DNA of 63,853 nt, the filler included, from Reclinomonas americana ATCC 50394 (taxonomy: Eukaryota), in the NCBI GenBank assembly GCA_048213135.1. It is 20 parts of 20 records of this genome, joined end to end, with 100 filler letters (N's around TTAATTAATTAA, not from the genome) between each part and the next. Parts side by side here need not be neighbours in the genome. Positions count along the whole stretch, not along the records: positions 60,654 to 62,228 come from AFZH01024290.1; positions 62,329 to 63,853 come from AFZH01024293.1; 18 more parts are not named here. One strand, given 5' to 3'. A program made the translations under genes and the position numbers. Numbering within the stretch: the stretch's first letter is position 1; every line of letters starts with the position of its first letter. Of this stretch, positions 61,188 to 63,853 are shown in pieces. The notes below the pieces were generated by a model. The model did not search any database. It was not told the DNA's origin and saw only the letters and a list, made by a program, of their open reading frames with translations.

Positions 61188-62228
61188 TCAGAGCTTGGGG
61201 CGGTAGAGCCAGTCACGGCCGGTGGCGGAGAGCATTCTGACCGCATAGTCCCGGACCTTCGGATCGTCGGTGGCGAAGGCCTTCCGGAGCAGGTTCACCT
61301 TGTGGCCGGTCGCGATCTGCCGACCCATCCAGTTAGGCACCTTCGCGAACCTGTCGACGACGTCGAGCCCGACCGGGAAGGCATAGCGCGGCAGCAGCCT
61401 GCTGGTGTGAAGAACGAGCGACAGGAGATCCTCGACCGCCGTGCCCTCGAACGTCTCGACCCGCAGGGGCTGGGCGCGCTCGGAAGGCTTGACGAAGGAG
61501 GTCAGGGCGAGAGGAAACCGCTCGATCCAGGTCTTCCAGTCGGCCGGCCACTTGTTCTGTTCGTTCCGGTCACCCTGCCGGTTCACCGGGATCGGCACTA
61601 CGTATTCGCCTTCCAGAAGGATGAGGTCGAGCAGCTGGGTGTCGGAAAGCCCGTAGCGCTTCAGGAACTTCTCCGTCTTCACCCGCCGTGCGTTGTCGAG
61701 TTTCCCGCGCTCGATCATGCGGTCGAGGATGTTCTTGATGAACCGCCGGCCGCCGCCATCCCTCTCGACAACACCGGCGACCGTCGTTCCTGACTGCTTC
61801 ATCCGTTCGAGGATTTCGAGATAGAGCGGAATGAAGTGCCGTTCCTTCTCGGCGTGACCCGTTCGACCCGACAGCTTCCTGGCCTTATCGGACGTGTATG
61901 CTGGGAAGCCCGGTGTACCGTACGGAGAGACCGGATTGATGAGCGGTCCCTGCACCAGAAGTGCGTCGAGTTCGGTGCGTTCGAGGATGCTGCGGCAGGC
62001 GCCTGCCTCCGCGATGATGCGGGCGGCGTCTCGCAGCTTGGTGACGTCCTCGAAGACGTCATCGTAGATGTCCTGGGAAGGATCGTAGAGATCGTCCACC
62101 ATGTGCATGTCGATGGCGAACTCTTCCCGCTTCTCGTCCTCCGTTTCCTCGACGCCGGGACGGACAAGGTAGGAGCCGACACGGACCGCGAGAGGCGCGG
62201 CTCCGGGAAGTGCCACGTTCGCGACGCC
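61188..62228 (-). CDS. NurA-domain nuclease, 5'-partial
   Basis: KLRDAARIIAE, LLVQGPL, VAGVVER, D..LL..IL.EGEY, PLRVE, YAFPVGLDVVDRFAKV. Confidence 0.75.
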   Translation of the reverse strand, partial: GVANVALPGAAPLAVRVGSYLVRPGVEETEDEKREEFAIDMHMVDDLYDPSQDIYDDVFEDVTKLRDAARIIAEAGACRSILERTELDALLVQGPLINPVSPYGTPGFPAYTSDKARKLSGRTGHAEKERHFIPLYLEILERMKQSGTTVAGVVERDGGGRRFIKNILDRMIERGKLDNARRVKTEKFLKRYGLSDTQLLDLILLEGEYVVPIPVNRQGDRNEQNKWPADWKTWIERFPLALTSFVKPSERAQPLRVETFEGTAVEDLLSLVLHTSRLLPRYAFPVGLDVVDRFAKVPNWMGRQIATGHKVNLLRKAFATDDPKVRDYAVRMLSATGRDWLYRPKL

Positions 62229-62328
62229 NNNNNNNNNNNNNNNNNNNNNNNNNNNNNNNNNNNNNNNNNNNNTTAATTAATTAANNNNNNNNNNNNNNNN
62301 NNNNNNNNNNNNNNNNNNNNNNNNNNNN

Positions 62329-62483
62329 AAGACGAGGCCGCTCTCATGCGGCTCCTTGGTGTGTTGACGGAAGCGCAGGTCCACACGGTGCGCGCCCTCG
62401 TCGAAACGCTCAACAAGCAGCACTGGGGTGTCGAGGTCGCACGTGTTCGTCGTCGATCCACGTCCGATGGGGCTGGCTCATAG
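62329..62483 (+). CDS. 3' end of an unknown bacterial ORF
   Basis: Open frame DEAALMRLLGVLTEAQVHTVRALVETLNKQHW...GAGS* from the contig edge. Confidence 0.45.
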
Positions 62484-62787
62484 TCCAGAGCGCAGAGCGG
62501 AGGCAGCGCTGCCGTGACACTGTTGCGTTAAAAGCACGCCCCGCCATGAATTGCTTCTAGTCTGACAACGCCTGACTATAACGATGATGATAGATCGTGA
62601 GAGCCGCGTTTGCCGCTCGCCTTGCGTCCGGCTGTGCAGTCCTACCCGCCATCTTTGCAACCGGGTTCAAAAATCCTTCGCTCGTGAATGCACGCAGCGA
62701 ACGCATTGGCTCATGCTTCCTTGCTGAATTCATTGAGCTTTCTTCCGCTCACACCGTCACTGCAAGCGCACGACGTAAAAACAGACA

Positions 62788-63030
62788 GCTACTCGCTTGG
62801 GTGGCGTAGCAGGCTTCGCGCTCAAATTTTGCACCCAGGTGCAAAAGGCGCTGCACGGTTCGGTCGGCTCCCCGGCCGGACGGGGAGGTTAGCGCCCCTA
62901 ACGAGCCTACTAGGCCGGCTTTTGCAGCCGCTCTTGTTCCCTCAACAACCCGCTTGCACGCCGCCGTGAACCGATGTTCCTCGTGAGCATCAAGCGGGTG
63001 TCGTGTGGCAGCCGCGCTTCTCCGAGCAAG
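62788..63030 (+). ncRNA. Candidate structured RNA directly upstream of the reverse transcriptase
   Basis: Dense stems: 62788-92/62806-10, 62827-34/62839-46, 62868-74/62881-87, 62888-92/62898-902, 62916-20/62926-30, 62948-56/62991-99. Confidence 0.6.
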
Positions 63031-63038
63031 GGAATGGT

Positions 63039-63853
63039 ATGGCGGATAACGAGAGCGAAACGGTAGAAAGGGCACGCGTCCAGGTCAGTAAGATGCGCAA
63101 GCGCATCCGAGAGGCGATCGAGGCGGGGCGCACATACGACGCCAAGGACCTTGCCCGAAAACTGTTCCGCTCCCATGCCGTGAAGGTAGTGGCTTGCCAC
63201 GAAGCGCTGGCGAGCCGGTCGGCGTATGAACGCGGCAGGCTGCCGAGCTTGGATACGCTTGTCAGCCGCATCGGAGATTTCGAGGGCGACGATCAGGCAG
63301 TTCGGGTCATCCGGCAGCCCAAGGGCGGCGGGCGGTTCCGGGACACGTTCGACTACGCAGTCCTCGACCGGGCGAGACAGCAATGGGTGAAGCTGAGCGT
63401 CGAATTGCTGACGCGCCCTCACCCGAACCAATCCGGCGTCACTGGCTCCGGTCCCGCGGCGATTATGGACCGCATCCGGGAACTCGTGAAGTCCGGCACA
63501 TACCGTTACGCAGCAGAGTTCGACATCAAGAACTGCTTCCAGAGCATCCAGAACGTGGATGCGATCAGGGCGGAGTGGAACCTGCCGAACTGGGCGATCC
63601 AGAAGATCGTGACCCTCAAGGAAAAAGGAGGACAAGGGACTGATCATCGACAGGAAGGGAAGGGCTCCCACGAGCTCGTCTTCTTCTATGGGGACTTTGA
63701 CGACGCGGGGCCTTCCGCAGGGAGCGTCCACCTCTCCGCTCTTCGCCTACAGCTTGAACCGGCCGGTGCTGGAGGCTTTGGAGCGCGAGCACGGGCACGA
63801 GGCCGTGGTGTTCAATCACTGCGACAACTTCCTCGTCCTGGGCATTTCACGGG
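63039..63853 (+). CDS. Group II-like reverse transcriptase, 3'-partial, +1 frameshift at an A5 run (63622-63626)
   Basis: AAGGGA SD and ATG 63039. RVT_N-like VSKMRKRIREAIEAG...LARKLFRSHAVKVVA; IRQPKGGGRFR; HPNQSG; AEFDIKNCFQSI; GLPQGASTSP (63709-); HCDNFLV (63817-63828). Confidence 0.88.
   Translation, partial: MADNESETVERARVQVSKMRKRIREAIEAGRTYDAKDLARKLFRSHAVKVVACHEALASRSAYERGRLPSLDTLVSRIGDFEGDDQAVRVIRQPKGGGRFRDTFDYAVLDRARQQWVKLSVELLTRPHPNQSGVTGSGPAAIMDRIRELVKSGTYRYAAEFDIKNCFQSIQNVDAIRAEWNLPNWAIQKIVTLKEKGGQGTDHRQEGKGSHELVFFYGDFDDAGPSAGSVHLSALRLQLEPAGAGGFGARARARGRGVQSLRQLPRPGHFT

Noticed and set aside
4228..62328. TTAATTAATTAA repeated 19 times as a biological motif
   Set aside because: Always centred in identical N blocks; it is an artificial six-frame-stop linker.
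62484..63038. Classical retron or intact group II intron
   Set aside because: No GUGYG 5' end in the intergenic region and no long flanking a1/a2 inverted repeat seen; the RT N-terminus is group II-like. Not fully excluded because the 3' end is missing.
62910..63731. 273-aa minus-strand ORF in the track
   Set aside because: Antisense shadow of the RT, which has the recognisable motifs and an SD on the + strand.

Overview
The window is a concatenation of 20 contigs joined by 19 artificial 100-nt spacers (44 N + TTAATTAATTAA + 44 N). Several genes continue across spacers, so neighbouring contigs are often truly adjacent. Most contigs come from a GC-rich, intron-rich, microsatellite-rich microbial eukaryote. 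Its genes include a lipocalin, an F-box/LRR protein, a large HECT E3 ligase, a decayed NACHT gene, a Kelch protein, NTM1, WD40 repeats, a dynamin-related GTPase, an HRI1-like protein, NAXD, SNM1/DCLRE1A, VMP1 and an MFS transporter. Two blocks are intronless and bacterial in style. 45117-49816 is an amidase/MFS/RidA/LacI/ABC-SBP catabolic cluster with four shared LacI-type operators, plus an XRE-cupin regulator and a permease. 58495-63853 holds AIPR, NurA-HerA and a reverse transcriptase. Two standouts. (1) A group II-like reverse transcriptase missing from the ORF track (63039 to the end) has a non-canonical HCDN catalytic motif and a densely base-paired ~250-nt candidate ncRNA immediately upstream. 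(2) A spliced eukaryotic Fanzor2/TnpB-like gene (41971-43120, minus strand) has intact RuvC-II/III and Zn-finger motifs and an added low-complexity/NLS tail. All calls are by eye from motifs; no database searches were run.
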